Below are positions 54,201 to 61,615 of a DNA stretch of 63,171 bases, piece by piece (position 1 is the stretch's first letter; each line of letters opens with the position of its first letter). A model generated the notes under the pieces. It worked only from the letters and a program-made list of their open reading frames with translations, was not told the DNA's origin and searched no databases. This stretch comes from a virus: positions 1 through 63,171 of the IMG/VR virus record IMGVR_UViG_3300031949_000033; one strand, written 5' to 3'. The translations under genes were made by a program, and so were the position numbers.

Positions 54201-56812
54201 CCTTGGACTGCGCCAGGTTGTAGGCCGGACTGTCCACCGGGGCTCCGTGGGCGAACTTGTCTCGCATCTGGGTATACTGTTTCGGCATAGGTCACCGCCT
54301 TTTTGAGTTTGTCGGACTTGGCGAGCGCAATCCACTGCTCGACTGGCATCGCCGTAATCTCTCCGATCCGCGCCACCGCAAGATCGTCGGAGTCGGAAAA
54401 TGACCCCGTATAGGCTGCAAACGCTTCTGCCTTTGAAGAGAACCCGAGCATCGACTTCGTTTCATCGAACGCGCCGGTCTTCGGATCGATCTGATCGATC
54501 ACGTAGACTTCCTTGACCAGCGGGTTGTCGCCGATGAACACATCAGCCTTGTCACCATCCGACCCTTCGGCCGCCATCAGATGGCCGTAATGCGCTGGCA
54601 TATTGGGCACGCTCCAGGAACCATCGGCAGCCGTCCTAGTTGCCCCTTTTGGCGTCTCGATGGCAATCTGACCGATGCCCTCCAGGGGACCATCGGCGAA
54701 CCGAATCCTCGCCTTTTTGTAGTTGTCAGCCAGCTTCTGGCCCGGGCTCGCGTCGACATCGGTCTGACTGGCAGCAAAATCGGCACCCACGGAGTCGGTC
54801 ACGATGAACGGGTCCTCCGGCGTTCCCTTGCCTTTGGGCAGCACAACAAGTTGGGTGCCGGTTTCCGCGTCGATTTCCAAGCGCGTACCGTCCTCGGTCA
54901 GAAAATCGATCATCGGCCCGTTTTCCCCGGCCCTGACGGCAGTCACCTTCCCCGGTATCCGCTCGCCCGATGGCGTCACGGCTATGGACGGGTAGGGCAG
55001 TTTCGCGATGCCTGCCTGCTCTCTGGCCGCCGCGTCTTGCGCCTCTTTGACCTTGGCCGCCGCGGCATCGCGCTCGGCTTGTGACTGGCCTGGCTGCTGC
55101 GTTCCGGCAACGATCGCATCGAGTTCGGCACGACTGCCTGGTTCCGGGGTTTTGACTGGTTCCGGTGGCTCCGGTGCAGCCTTGGCCGGCGGCGGCTGGC
55201 CCGCCGTCTTGGTCGTCTGCAGGCTGGATACGCCCTCGGAACCGGATAGCGCCGCTACGGCCGCCCGCCTGGCGCCCTCTGGTGAGAAGGCGCGCTCATC
55301 GATATCGCCAGCCAGCGCCCTGCCTACGGCCGCTCCCGGCCTGATTCTCTCGTCTACTCGCTGCGCGAGGCGCGTGGCGCCGATAATCCCGCCGCCCAGC
55401 CCGCCCATGCCGGCTACCGTCAACAGGGTCGGTCCGGCGACTTCCTCAAACGATTTCCACCAGTCCGCTGCGCTCGTGAACGACCTCGGGGCCTCGCGCG
55501 TGATCCCGGCCTGCGATTCGGCGCGTTGCTGGCCCATTTGCGTCGGTACTTCAGTGGCCACCTCGCCTGCCGTACCGCCTGCGATCCCGAGCGCTGGTTT
55601 TATGATGCTCTTTTTCAATGCATGTTCAAGGATGTACTTGCCTGCACCCAGCATGATCAGGTTGCCGACGGCCTCCGATCCAGCCTCCCAGAGACCATGC
55701 CGCAGTGCAATATCCTGTGCGCTACCACTATCACGAATAGCAATGCCGATTTCCTTGGCTGCCGCCTGCATTTCCGGTGCCTGGGCGATATCGATGAATT
55801 CCTTGTCGGTCAGCGCTCTACCCATCTGCTCCTGGGCGGCTTTGTCCATGGCGTCGCGCAGATTTCGCATGAAATCGTTGGTATCCATCCTGTACGAAAG
55901 CATGCCGCCGCCAAGCATTCGTCCTCCGGTGAGGCCAGCGCGTCCGCCTACGGGCCCACCAACGAGCGTACCGACGGCGAGCCCGCCGAGCCCCCCCAAC
56001 AGCGACCCCGCCATCGAGACGACCGAGAACATGAACTGTTGCGGCATCGTGCGCACGACTTGGCGGTTGATCTTGATGCCGAGCATATCGACGTAATTGC
56101 CTTGGGCGTTCGGGACCTTGGAGGCTTCCTCGGCATTGCGCCTTGCGTCCATGATGGCCTCCTCCATCCATCCTGGATCGCTGAAGATTGCCTCCGGGTC
56201 GCCCCCCTGAATCGCTGCGGCCGGTGTGGCGACGAGGTTCGCCGGAACTGATCTGGCCGCCGCCGCTATGTCCTCGCCCAGTTCGCCGATGGTTGGGGTC
56301 TGTGGCGGTGCTGGCGTGGTCAGAGTGTTGAGAACCGCCTCGGCATTGGTCGGCGCGGAAATGTTCTGCCCGGTTCGGACGCGTTCGACATCCTCTATAG
56401 CCCCTGGGATGGCGCTGCGCACCGCGGTGCCGGTCACGTCCGGCCTGAATGCTGCTGCCGCGACGTTTTCGACGGGCATGCGTGGAATCGCCCGCTGGAT
56501 CTGGTCGTAGTAGGACTGGCGCATCGGCGCTACCGGCGATGGCTGGTCCTCTATCGCTATCTGTTCCTGCGGTGGCTGCTCGACTGGTGCCGGCTGAGGG
56601 CGCAGTTCGACGACCGTCTGGATCGGTCGAATCGGCCTGTAATTGAGCGCTGGCTTGGCGGCTGCCTCGAGCTCGTCCGGCGTCGGCTCCGGTTCTGCCT
56701 GCTCTACGGGTGCCGCAAGTCCGAAACGATTCCTGATGGAGCGGGCGACGATTTCATTCGGCGTGCCGTCGGGAAACTCGAAGACGATCCCGTTGGATTC
56801 GACTTCGCGCAC
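48296..56812 (-). CDS. Giant (2838 aa) polyvalent virion/ejection-type protein
   Basis: Single uninterrupted ORF among ejection-protein-like genes. Blocks in order: N-terminal Gly-zipper hydrophobic segment (about 55950-56040), pyrophosphatase-like block, HExxH block, ART-like block, and a C-terminal part with at least three hydrophobic segments (about 49130-50000). Confidence 0.8.
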   Translation of the reverse strand: MREVESNGIVFEFPDGTPNEIVARSIRNRFGLAAPVEQAEPEPTPDELEAAAKPALNYRPIRPIQTVVELRPQPAPVEQPPQEQIAIEDQPSPVAPMRQSYYDQIQRAIPRMPVENVAAAAFRPDVTGTAVRSAIPGAIEDVERVRTGQNISAPTNAEAVLNTLTTPAPPQTPTIGELGEDIAAAARSVPANLVATPAAAIQGGDPEAIFSDPGWMEEAIMDARRNAEEASKVPNAQGNYVDMLGIKINRQVVRTMPQQFMFSVVSMAGSLLGGLGGLAVGTLVGGPVGGRAGLTGGRMLGGGMLSYRMDTNDFMRNLRDAMDKAAQEQMGRALTDKEFIDIAQAPEMQAAAKEIGIAIRDSGSAQDIALRHGLWEAGSEAVGNLIMLGAGKYILEHALKKSIIKPALGIAGGTAGEVATEVPTQMGQQRAESQAGITREAPRSFTSAADWWKSFEEVAGPTLLTVAGMGGLGGGIIGATRLAQRVDERIRPGAAVGRALAGDIDERAFSPEGARRAAVAALSGSEGVSSLQTTKTAGQPPPAKAAPEPPEPVKTPEPGSRAELDAIVAGTQQPGQSQAERDAAAAKVKEAQDAAAREQAGIAKLPYPSIAVTPSGERIPGKVTAVRAGENGPMIDFLTEDGTRLEIDAETGTQLVVLPKGKGTPEDPFIVTDSVGADFAASQTDVDASPGQKLADNYKKARIRFADGPLEGIGQIAIETPKGATRTAADGSWSVPNMPAHYGHLMAAEGSDGDKADVFIGDNPLVKEVYVIDQIDPKTGAFDETKSMLGFSSKAEAFAAYTGSFSDSDDLAVARIGEITAMPVEQWIALAKSDKLKKAVTYAETVYPDARQVRPRSPGGQSGLQPGAVQGGGYLQREPQEPADVGSAPGGRPAQEEEQPAAEGPRKEKIGYLVAPDGTRRPANRINKQILQRLTAGPGPNAGVAQDELNRRDEIANRPPSPAQVAAAKRRKVVDVDRDSILVAVAKMGGITNRERSDLTGERNGQQFIPGLGNLFREDGNTLDNLAVDLSSPDLSYILQDDIDSAGDNGAINLLSERIRDELMGLRKHWSVHSKKYEEELAEEARIRAEIEDENRRAVEEEPGDLQGPLPEEDEELPDVPFSKEQRGSETAPGGRALTGHGAAGRLQEALRKIAHPEAIVRAVASPGTDDASLAEEIARHHNKEVVWVEFGEAYRLNGAVLREPGWDKFIFVSVDTKHPYIQIVGHELTHFLRSERPDLYKDLHALVAPVLINHAEFRRIYGIRLGAPVDKVTEEMIGDAVGSNFTDPQFWSRVAAIDPTKFQGLAKEILRFIQRVVNSVLGRRSLRAERFVSDMKLAREAIAKAIAEYATKQDEQPLLNQPTPEALQRREEQAKAAEKEKAAEERKAEKARAGKKVTADQADLFNTQGTLFSRRQKNTYEQILAKQRATEGSIAAVRDPETGEVYTGATHEEAILSAPSDVMGNGVRERLRRDVYNEKTEDTSNVGFLENDKFVSKDRIALLERNGEKLDAMREAAFSRSQDQTPESLDAIKRRMAEREAAARKDPALRKSLFYPGQTKKEAADVSIALAKGVNPLTIKAALMRSAFVDLGAPLLAAEMPLSERIARIQAQTEDTLIEKMNAAEDAKQDQTQTPEFKRWFGKSVVTADGKTGGRPLVVYHGSDAERHIFDGGIFVTNDESAASAYAELKALQIEVDKNDALGEIVSDILAEEGGESITDLGPKALRDIADANGIDLSPDSNGHVSSLYAVANNPLDLREFGTDVGDVEGLWTTLKDKGMLATEDAWVNLDEDAKYELEDKYKDKAIYRFFEDEGILSEAFKQGYDAIVFEDVAPDGGRTHDSWLLRNNTQVKSATGNTGAFDPTNPDILFSPEQQDAALEAVTEALPEPSGKYEPTVDLSILTRFGVHPRTIAAFDSDFTLVKRTQSMQYQLRDEIVAEIAETYRRYQDLNAADRRPVDALLELGRLAGEVYGKGKDVATAKNTEFPQAQLSKVGETITLTDRQKSAYWSVRRAMDKALDRFIAELVLEAGLDPKTVKTAKQVLAAIKAGMPKVESDQLKWLADKVEEIHQSKRRGYVPFTRFGNVGIAVSKDDRTAHFEALEEPRIDFKRWRKTRRVQKRLDALRKEFPASQGYEVSKPFDLVTGAEAPQIDMPAFDQLMRMAFVDEAVRNDIEERMRIALKKRGFRKHFLGAQNIAGYSVDFERALADYTVSLAGYLARRRFAPQWDAAIQAIPSGKPKLRQYAQRYRSYINSPTEEFQYLRQVAYVYYLAAVPSTAMVNLSQVPMITVPYLMQFASPGRVGLEMTRAYTSATAMINPLVLKNAGAMRLAGSAALGAALGGWAAGPAGAVAGGIIGATAVKSDEVFDISRAPKDMQRDMKLSSDEGFFVPLATMEMMGTAYHRQVQLRKLSKASRETIDALASMFTLAERHNRIVTYIAAYRIAKLSGMREKILEILQDNALAASELGQASKEDFARVFAEWVVYETHYEMGKGNRPEAGRHVMAPIVQFKGFSWQTIELYARLGVGLHGNRGRVALLAMWTLLLITGGLWAFPFAENIRKVIEMLSKTTRDIDTDLKLEFRQFVTEITGSPRAAEIASYGAARSFKHAPEISGRIGMGDILPSPMDPASMLGIPFDLWIKRGLGAGGVLEQSQRGEPKLAIAAASPNFIKNWLEASALRESGLRSKKYGNKIIHESQINDWDVLMRGLGARTRKIAEITESEYAKSRLSYGLNEMKRTYRYRLAVAHARKIRAEERRDAKAATEYQRRIDATQAQIDAWNEGRPDHERITITNKSLNAAITAELIGPKSREKRVPKQMRAQRAKIGELYNSDR
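51113..51850 (-). other. ADP-ribosyltransferase-like block of the giant protein (tentative)
   Basis: GRPLVVYHGSDAERHIFDGGIFVTNDESAASAYAE (VVYHGS at 51821-38) resembles the opening of the ART domains found in phage polyvalent proteins, as I recall them. The catalytic Glu is not assigned. Confidence 0.4.
52913..53305 (-). other. Zn-metallopeptidase-like block (HExxH) of the giant protein
   Basis: IQIVGHELTHFLRSERPDLY. HELTH is encoded at 53120..53134. Confidence 0.55.
54410..54667 (-). other. Inorganic-pyrophosphatase-like block of the giant protein
   Basis: IAIETPKGATRTAADGSW...YGHLMAAEGSDGDKADVFIG...VIDQIDPKTGAFDETKSMLGF parallels the PPase motifs EIPKG...YE, YG.IP and DGDP.DV. Confidence 0.5.
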
Positions 56813-56814
56813 AT

Positions 56815-58038
56815 CTACTCCTCGACGACAGAGAATTCGCCGGTTGTCGCGTCAAATCGCTCGCGCGGCTGTTTGACTGCCGCCGGGTTCGCGCCGGCGA
56901 CTTGCGGTTTCTGAAGGAACGCGTCGGCCACGCGACCAAGTTCATCGAGGCTCTTGCCTTGATTGTTTGGCTGTTGGGCCAATATCCTGATGACATTGAC
57001 TCTCATCTGGTCGGCCTGCCGCGGATTGGTAGCGGCTGTGCGGATTTGCGTCCATGCGTCCTGCGTATCCTTCGCAACGCCTTCGCTGACTAGGAATCGA
57101 ATCAGCTTGACTTGGGCCGGGTCAGGACCGGCGCCTCCTCCCATCTGGCCTTTTGTCGGTCGCGCCTTCGGGAAGGGCTTGCCCGGGGCGTTGATGTTCT
57201 CGCCTCCTTTGCCAACTAAAACCGGAGCATCCCGTTCGTCGAAGTAAAGCTTGCCGACCTGCGGTGTCGGTTTCACTTGCAGCGCTGCCGCGCGTCCGGC
57301 TTCGGTTGCCTTACCGATATCGCCGGATTGGTCGTGCATGAAGGCGCCGACGAACGTCAGGGCCTGATCGCCAGTCAGCTTGGGCATCTTTGAGGCGACA
57401 TTCGTGGCGATCCTCAATCGCGTCATCACGGCGCGATTCGACCAGACCGCATCCGGAATCGCGATCCCGTACTGTCTGGCGAGTACCTTTGCCATTCCGA
57501 CATTGCCATCATTGATCGCCTTGAAGACCAGTTCCGTGCCTTTGATGCGGGTGCTCACATCGGCACTCGCTTGGAGACGCGCTGCTTTCCTGTCTTCGCC
57601 GTAGAGTGTCGCCATCGTCCGACCTGTACCCGGCGTTTGGGCGAGTTCGCGCATCACCGGCGCCATACCGCTGCTCTGCGGCCGGCTATCTGCCGTCACG
57701 GCTGACAATGGATTCGCTGCGGGCGGCGCGGCGGTCGGTGCCGGTGTTGCTGGCGCCGGTGCAGGCATCGGCCCTGCGCTCGGCAGTGCCGGTGCTGGCG
57801 CAGCTGCGGGCGGTGCGGCGGGTGCCATGGTGGGCGCAGTCGTCGCCGGTTGCTGGGTCGCGTAGGGCAGCGAAAAGCCCCTGCGCATGGCCGCGTCGGC
57901 TTCCTGAGCTTGGCGCCATTCGGTGAACGCCCGGTCGTCGATTTCGCGCTGGCGTCGCTGCTGATCGCCCCTGGCAAGTTCAGAGTTGAACCGCGAGATT
58001 CCAGGGCTGTTGCTTGCCATTCGCACGTTCATCGGCAC
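56815..58038 (-). CDS. Internal virion / ejection-type protein (putative)
   Basis: 407 aa with a Pro/Ala-rich linker. The call rests on its position between ejection-like genes. Confidence 0.45.
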   Translation of the reverse strand: MPMNVRMASNSPGISRFNSELARGDQQRRQREIDDRAFTEWRQAQEADAAMRRGFSLPYATQQPATTAPTMAPAAPPAAAPAPALPSAGPMPAPAPATPAPTAAPPAANPLSAVTADSRPQSSGMAPVMRELAQTPGTGRTMATLYGEDRKAARLQASADVSTRIKGTELVFKAINDGNVGMAKVLARQYGIAIPDAVWSNRAVMTRLRIATNVASKMPKLTGDQALTFVGAFMHDQSGDIGKATEAGRAAALQVKPTPQVGKLYFDERDAPVLVGKGGENINAPGKPFPKARPTKGQMGGGAGPDPAQVKLIRFLVSEGVAKDTQDAWTQIRTAATNPRQADQMRVNVIRILAQQPNNQGKSLDELGRVADAFLQKPQVAGANPAAVKQPRERFDATTGEFSVVEE

Positions 58039-58050
58039 GGCGTCCTCCTA

Positions 58051-58746
58051 TTACCCGAAGGGTTTGTAGCCAGAATACCGGCTGGGCCGGTTTTCGTCTT
58101 TGTTCGCGTTGGCTATGACGCTCGCGATCTGGGCGAAGGTATCGACATCGGATTGCGCGTTTGACGTTGCCGCGTTGGCCGCGACGCTCCCGGCGCCGGT
58201 GTTTTCCGCGGCGATGTTCGAGGCGTTACCCGTGGCGATATTGGCGAGTGCCGGTGCTGCCGTGCGTTGGGTTGCCAATCCTTGGTTCACGAGCGTGCCT
58301 GCCGCCTGATCTGCGCGTGACTGATTCTGCGCGAACATGGCGTTGCGCGCGGTATCGACCCCTTTGTTCGTGATGGCCGTTGCCGTGCGCCCCGATCCGC
58401 GCAGCGAAAACGGTACGCTACGCTGGGCGTTCATCGTGATATCGCCCATTGCAGAGCGCTGCTGCTGATTCAGTTGATACGGGTTGCTCGCCGTGACCGT
58501 CTTCAGGTATTGAAGCCCCGGCGCCGCGATCGATTTGCCTTGATGGAGAAGCGGCGTGATGTAGCCGGTGGCCTTGTCGCCTGCTTCCCGAAAGAGTTGG
58601 GCATTGGTGGATGCGGTGTCGCGCGCGATATTTGCCGCCTGGTCGTTCGCCTTGGAGGCGCGATTGGAGCCGATCAGAGACGATCCGATACTCAGAATCG
58701 CATCCCATGCCCACGTCGACGGATCGAGAAAACTGAATGATGCCAT
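58051..58746 (-). CDS. Internal virion / ejection-type protein (putative)
   Basis: 231 aa, A/N/Q/S/T-rich and low in complexity, typical of podovirus DNA-transfer proteins. Confidence 0.45.
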   Translation of the reverse strand: MASFSFLDPSTWAWDAILSIGSSLIGSNRASKANDQAANIARDTASTNAQLFREAGDKATGYITPLLHQGKSIAAPGLQYLKTVTASNPYQLNQQQRSAMGDITMNAQRSVPFSLRGSGRTATAITNKGVDTARNAMFAQNQSRADQAAGTLVNQGLATQRTAAPALANIATGNASNIAAENTGAGSVAANAATSNAQSDVDTFAQIASVIANANKDENRPSRYSGYKPFG

Positions 58747-58749
58747 GGT

Positions 58750-61173
58750 CTATCTCCCAGCAAAAACCTGCCCGAGCGGCGGGCGTTTCTGCATCGGTCG
58801 CCTTGTCGCCATCGGCATGGCTCCAGGCATACCGGGATTCGCCGCCGGACCGACGGCCGGCCCCGGAGCGAATCCGTGCATGGGCGATGGCATCCCCTGC
58901 ATGGGTGCTCCTGGGCTGGCGCTCCCCCCGCCGGTCATCATGTTCCCGGGCCCGTGCATCACCGATGCCTGCGTGTCGGTGACGGTGCCGGTGAATTCAG
59001 GCGAACTGGCCACGGCTTGCGCGGTCTCGCCGAAACCTTCGATATCGGCGTCGATGCCTTCGCCACCGGGCTCGCCGAGGAATTGAGTCACATAGGCGAT
59101 CATTTGCGCGTAGGTCTGGAGCGCCCGCTGGTTATCGCCTGCTTTTGCCGCCTCGACGGCCGGGTCGATGAATTCGCCCTTGATCTGCTGGAATATCTGC
59201 AATCCGTCCGGGCGCTGCGCTATGGCCTCGACTACCATGGGCGCAATGGCGTAATACTCCTGTACCAGTGCCTGCCCCTGCGGTGTGGCTGACATGACGG
59301 TATCGCGGAACTGCCGCAATACCTGAAGTTCTTCAGCGTTGTCGCCGACCCCGGCCGCCGAGGTTACGGCTTCCGTGATGAAACAGTCGTTCGGGTCGTA
59401 GCCTGCGGCGCGCACGTAGTCCGATGCCTGTTGATGACTGACGCCCAGAGCGCGCTCTGCGTCGGCTAGGGTCGCGCCGCTCGCAATACCCTGCTCGATC
59501 AACTGTTGCGGTGTCCCGCCGGACTGCTGCCATGCGGCTTGGATATCCTGATCCGAGGGGCCGCTCGCCTGTGGCTGTACCGTGCCTTGCGTCGTGCCTT
59601 GATCCGTAGCCGACTGCTCTTGCTGCACTGTAATTCTCGGTGCCGATTGCAGCACTGCGTTCACCGTTTCCTGAGGATAACCGAGCGTAGCCACCGCCTC
59701 TTCGGCGAGCTTGCCAAGCAAGGCATTCCACGCCTGATCCAGCGTCGTATCCGGGCCGGAAATGACCTCATGCTGCACCTCGCGAAGTGATGCCTTCATG
59801 TCTTCGGGCAAGGTGCCCATCCAGGTGTTGATGGCGTTGATTTGCGGCGCCAGAACAGCGGAGTTATCGCCGACGTTCGATGCACCGCCGAAGTTTCTGG
59901 CGTCGAAAAACGGCTGATTGGTGTTCGGGTCGGTCAGAATGACCGCCTCGCTCGGCTTTCTGTTGTCCTGGTTGAGAATCGAATTGATTATCGAGTAGGC
60001 TGCAATCGCCCAGCCCACGTAGGGCACCATCGCCGCGGCCTGCGCCCCGATGGTTTCGACAAGCGCCGCGTTGATCGCCGCCGATGCGCCGCTCTGCTTC
60101 ATGATCGTTGCAACCGCTATGTTCTTTGCAGCACCAACCGGATCGTTGTTCACTAGCGCGGCTACGGCGCCAAGAGGGACCGTGAGTCCCAAACTGTCCG
60201 CAGTCGCCAGGTCGTCCATGTTGATGTCAGAACCAAAGGCGTCGGCAAGATTGTCGATTGGTGCTGTGCTCGTGGCTGTCGCGTCGCCAAAGGTCAGCCC
60301 CCCGGCATTCGTGGTGTCGTTCTTCAGCCCCAGGCCGCCGCCATCGAGTCTCAGGCCGGGACCTGTATCGCCAGCACCCAATCCGGGTGCGGTTTCCGGG
60401 CCGGTCGTCGTGATGTCTGCCCCGCTCGCGAAGTCGCTGATATGCTGCGGTCCGGCGGTGAGTCCGCTGCCGAGCGTAGTCGGATCGTCGAAGCCGGGCC
60501 TGATGACATTCGTCGGTACCGTGTTGGTGCCGAAATTGCCGGGTGTCGGTATGGCAGCTTCAACTTGTTGTGGCGAGACTTCGAGCCCTCCTCCGATATC
60601 GGTTTTGTCGAATCCTGGCGCTATGGTCACTGGCCGCTCGCCGGTACCACCGAAGTTCTTCGACGTCGGGTAGAAACTCTCCGCATCCGTATCGCTCGGG
60701 ACAAATCCCTGACCGGGATCCGTCACGCCGAATCCGGGTACCAAGCCCTTGGACCAGCCACTGATTTCGTCTCTGGTGATGAACTTGTCTTTGTCGTCCA
60801 CCACCAACCCGGTGCCAGCATCTTCCCCGGGCGTCCACAAGTCCGCGTCGCCGATGTCTGCACCCGGATCACCGTCATCGGTTGGCGGATTCGTTATGGC
60901 ATCGCCAAGCGTCAGCCCAGGCGCCAAAATCGTAGAAATGATGGGCAGATCAGGTCCCGGCGGTTTAGGCGCAGGCGGCGTTGTCGTCGTGTCCGGCCCC
61001 GGCTCTTTGGGTGCGTCTGGTTTCGGTGGCGGTTCCTGTCCGACGGCGCCCTCGCCTCTGAAACCAATGGCCTTGGAGGTCCCGTAGCGCGTCTCACGGA
61101 TGGCCGACGGCGATCTGGCGTAGACGCCCGCCAGTGGGTTCGGACCTCTTGAACTGACGCCTGTCACAGCCAT
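58750..61173 (-). CDS. Large virion protein with Pro-rich N-terminus and conserved-looking Cys-initiated C-terminal block
   Basis: 807 aa. PPPKPDAPKEPGPDTTTTPPAPKPPGP near the N-terminus. The C-terminal block is NDCFITEAVTSAAGVGDNAEELQVLRQFRDTV...YYAIAPMVVEAI. Confidence 0.55.
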   Translation of the reverse strand: MAVTGVSSRGPNPLAGVYARSPSAIRETRYGTSKAIGFRGEGAVGQEPPPKPDAPKEPGPDTTTTPPAPKPPGPDLPIISTILAPGLTLGDAITNPPTDDGDPGADIGDADLWTPGEDAGTGLVVDDKDKFITRDEISGWSKGLVPGFGVTDPGQGFVPSDTDAESFYPTSKNFGGTGERPVTIAPGFDKTDIGGGLEVSPQQVEAAIPTPGNFGTNTVPTNVIRPGFDDPTTLGSGLTAGPQHISDFASGADITTTGPETAPGLGAGDTGPGLRLDGGGLGLKNDTTNAGGLTFGDATATSTAPIDNLADAFGSDINMDDLATADSLGLTVPLGAVAALVNNDPVGAAKNIAVATIMKQSGASAAINAALVETIGAQAAAMVPYVGWAIAAYSIINSILNQDNRKPSEAVILTDPNTNQPFFDARNFGGASNVGDNSAVLAPQINAINTWMGTLPEDMKASLREVQHEVISGPDTTLDQAWNALLGKLAEEAVATLGYPQETVNAVLQSAPRITVQQEQSATDQGTTQGTVQPQASGPSDQDIQAAWQQSGGTPQQLIEQGIASGATLADAERALGVSHQQASDYVRAAGYDPNDCFITEAVTSAAGVGDNAEELQVLRQFRDTVMSATPQGQALVQEYYAIAPMVVEAIAQRPDGLQIFQQIKGEFIDPAVEAAKAGDNQRALQTYAQMIAYVTQFLGEPGGEGIDADIEGFGETAQAVASSPEFTGTVTDTQASVMHGPGNMMTGGGSASPGAPMQGMPSPMHGFAPGPAVGPAANPGMPGAMPMATRRPMQKRPPLGQVFAGR

Positions 61174-61211
61174 GGTTGCCCTCCCTATGGGCGAATGATA
61201 CCGATTGTGCG

Positions 61212-61343
61212 CTAAGTCGGCACTGCGTCGGCCGCCTCTTCTTTCTTGCCGACCTTCTGCTTTGCCGCCCCGTCCCCATCGTAAATGTGATTTGTGAAGC
61301 GGTCGGCGAGGTTGTTCCAGACGAAGCGGACGTTGGCGGTCAT
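61212..61343 (-). CDS. Possible 43-aa mini-protein
   Basis: Manual translation gives MTANVRFVWNNLADRFTNHIYDGDGAAKQKVGKKEEAADAVPT. It starts 1 nt after the upstream stop. Confidence 0.3.
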   Translation of the reverse strand: MTANVRFVWNNLADRFTNHIYDGDGAAKQKVGKKEEAADAVPT

Positions 61344-61344
61344 G

Positions 61345-61605
61345 TCAGGTTGCGGCCATGCTCAGTTGCGCGTCCAGATCGGCGAGCAGTGCCTCACGCG
61401 TTTCGATTTGACGATCCTGGACAATCAGCATGTTCTGCGCTGTTTCGGCCGTGCGCTGAAAATCGGCGTCCAACGCCTTGTTGTTCACGCTCGTCGCGGC
61501 ATCGGTAACCTTGGCCTGCTGCAGGATTCGGTTCGCATGCAAGCTGCGCAGTTCCTGCTTCAGCGCGTCGCACTGTACGGCAATTCGTTCTTGGTCAGTT
61601 AGCAT
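61345..61605 (-). CDS. Small coiled-coil protein downstream of the tail fibre
   Basis: 86-aa ORF. Confidence 0.5.
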   Translation of the reverse strand: MLTDQERIAVQCDALKQELRSLHANRILQQAKVTDAATSVNNKALDADFQRTAETAQNMLIVQDRQIETREALLADLDAQLSMAAT

Positions 61606-61615
61606 TGTTTCCTCG

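Noticed and set aside
48296-56812. Giant ORF as an N4-like virion RNA polymerase, considered because the capsid protein is N4-type.
   Set aside because: I could not find T7-like RNAP motifs. The only THDSW string lacks the accompanying motif A/B context. The recognisable blocks are PPase-like, HExxH and ART-like instead. This is not fully excluded without a profile search.
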